From Asterionella formosa (lineage: Eukaryota), in contig NKIB01015391.1 of NCBI GenBank assembly GCA_002256025.1, forward strand, positions 1-36,167: a stretch of 36,167 bases of DNA. The letters are read 5' to 3'. Numbering within the stretch: position 1 is the first letter of the stretch; each line of letters opens with the position of its first letter. Of this stretch, positions 33,972-36,167 are shown piece by piece. The position numbers were made by a program, and so were the translations under genes. Under the pieces are notes generated by a model. It was not told where the DNA came from and searched no databases. It worked only from the letters and a program-made list of their open reading frames with translations.

Positions 33972-34628
33972 NNNNNNNNNNNNNNNNNNNNNNNNNNNNN
34001 NNNNNNNNNNNNNNNNNNNNNNNNNNNNNNNNNNNNNNNNNNNNNNNNNNNNNNNNNNNNNNNNNNNNNNNNNNNNNNNNNNNNNNNNNNNNNNNNNNNN
34101 NNNNNNNNNNNNNNNNNNNNNNNNNNNNNNNNNNNNNNNNNNNNNNNNNNNNNNNNNNNNNNNNNNNNNNNNNNNNNNNNNNNNNNNNNNNNNNNNNNNN
34201 NNNNNNNNNNNNNNNNNNNNNNNNNNNNNNNNNNNNNNNNNNNNNNNNNNNNNNNNNNNNNNNNNNNNNNNNNNNNNNNNNNNNNNNNNNNNNNNNNNNN
34301 NNNNNNNNNNNNNNNNNNNNNNNNNNNNNNNNNNNNNNNNNNNNNNNNNNNNNNNNNNNNNNNNNNNNNNNNNNNNNNNNNNNNNNNNNNNNNNNNNNNN
34401 NNNNNNNNNNNNNNNNNNNNNNNNNNNNNNNNNNNNNNNNNNNNNNNNNNNNNNNNNNNNNNNNNNNNNNNNNNNNNNNNNNNNNNNNNNNNNNNNNNNN
34501 NNNNNNNNNNNNNNNNNNNNNNNNNNNNNNNNNNNNNNNNNNNNNNNNNNNNNNNNNNNNNNNNNNNNNNNNNNNNNNNNNNNNNNNNNNNNNNNNNNNN
34601 NNNNNNNNNNNNNNNNNNNNNNNNNNNN
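33972..34628. other. Assembly gap (657 N)
   Basis: Run of N. Confidence 1.
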
Positions 34629-35721
34629 TTGGCTCCCAAATCACTCCAAGATCTCTTTCTGGCACTGGAATGAATAATATGCTTACTTTAATTACTGACA
34701 GAATTCTTTTGAAGATGGCTCAACTTTTTTGCTCGGATGAATTGGAAGAATGCCTTATCATTTGCGAATGTTATATATACTTATGATAAATAGATACTAT
34801 CGCCTCCTATGCACAGCACGACTTCTCAGAATGCTTTCTTCAAATGAATGAACATTTCTCATTATCCTATAACCTTTCCCTCGTCCCTCTCTAACACATC
34901 CACTTCTCCCATATTCACCTGGAAGTCTCCCAGCAGAACCTCTGGAAATTCCAAGAAATTGTTCTCTAGTATTGATGCCGCCCACCACACTACGACTATC
35001 TTCCACCAGTCACCAAAGGAAGGAGCACTTGTTTCCTCTTTTCTCGATCTCTAGTGAATTGGCAACCCAAGTGTTTCCTCTCTTGACTAGTATTATAACA
35101 TCGGATTCATGATTTAATCAATAGTTGTACATTTATTTCTTATCTTAACCTTTTAGCACTCCAATTCCAGTCATTTATACCCCAGAACAAGTTGATACCA
35201 GCACACGGGCTCCTTTTCAGCAATAATATGTCACCGTCCTCACTAATGTCGTGTTTTTCTTCAATTCTTTTGATTACCAGAAAATCAAATAAGCTTCCTT
35301 GCACTAGCTTCCAGAACTCCTTCAGCATTCAATTCTTTTTGACCGCAGCATTTGATTCATTGATATCTTCTCAATATCCTCACCAGCATCCTCAGCTTCA
35401 AGCCATTCTTTCATCGCTATCCATCTTTCTTCTCTTATACTACCACCACCATGATGCATCAAATAACTATTCTAGTTTTATAAATTTTGGGAAAGTCAGA
35501 TTGAGAGAAACCACCATACTACATTCTTCGCTCATTCCAGGACATGGCTATGAATACTGTTGACACAATTTTTTTACAAACTCCTGCCTAGATGATGAGG
35601 GAGGGATCACCATACCAACTGCACCCATCAAACAGCGGCAAGAAAACTTCGACAAATGACAACAACGAATGGACATACAGCTGTACAAATAAGAATAATG
35701 GCGACGAAAAATGGAGCAGTC

Positions 35722-35970
35722 GTGGCAGTGCTAGCAAGCTACCAGCAAGACAACCGGCAAAGCAGAGGATGCAACACAAGTGTCCCCTTCTAAGCAAGAA
35801 ACTATTATAACAACAATCAACCAATGCAAAAGAACAAAGACGCGTACTTGTGGCAGTGCTAGCTAGCTACCAGCAAGACAACCGGCAAAGCAGATGCAAC
35901 ACAAGCGTCCCCTTCTAAGCAAGAAACTATTACAACAACAATCGACCAATGGCAATAAAACAAAGACACG
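35722..35970. repeat. Tandem duplication, period 128 bp
   Basis: GTGGCAGTGCTAGC(A/T)AGCTACCAGCAAGACAACCGGCAAAGCAGA...TCCCCTTCTAAGCAAGAAACTATTA starts at both 35722 and 35850. Confidence 0.93.
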
Positions 35971-36167
35971 CACACGAAAACAACAAATGGACTCATAGCA
36001 GCACAAGCAAGAAGCGCAACGTAGAAAAATCACGAAGTGATGCTGTCAGAAATTTAACCGGCAGAGCGGCTGCAACACAATCGCTAGTACTAAACTGAAA
36101 CTAGTATCGCCTGCTGGCAATAGAACACCGGCAAACGACCAAAAAGAATGGATATACAGCAGCACAA

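Noticed and set aside
33912..34673. Three 'long ORFs' across the gap
   Set aside because: Artefacts of translating N runs.
34629..35563. Decayed coding-like sequence after the gap
   Set aside because: Stop-interrupted with no motif I can assign; left uncalled.

Overview
Eukaryotic nuclear DNA, almost certainly from a diatom or related ochrophyte: it has short GT-AG introns, bipartite signal+transit presequences with ASAFAP-like cleavage sites, and diatom-like TE proteins. A compact gene island at 12.5-19.3 kb holds a plastid-targeted SOUL heme-binding protein (1 intron), an organellar cysteinyl-tRNA synthetase, and AP-1/AP-2 beta-adaptin (1 intron). Decayed transposons flank it: a DIRS/Ngaro-type tyrosine-recombinase retrotransposon (about 1.6-7.0 kb, minus strand), a Plavaka-type transposase, Copia RT and Gypsy integrase fragments, probable pogo-like deletion derivatives, MITE-like inverted repeats and a tRNA-like (A/B box) head. 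The standout gene is at 31093-32535 (minus strand), an intact intronless ORF: signal peptide, Reeler-like domain, Ser/Gly/Thr linker, six-Cys knottin-like module, Hedgehog-type Hint autoprocessing domain with SRR-like region, and C-terminal TM helix. Two window-wide patterns stand out. Conserved TE codons have repeatedly been lost by CpG->TpG/CpA changes. Non-coding DNA is heavily enriched in TACCGGTA/GGTACC(A/T)GGTACC palindromes. A 657-N assembly gap lies at 33972-34628. All family calls come from motif recognition by eye; no searches were run.
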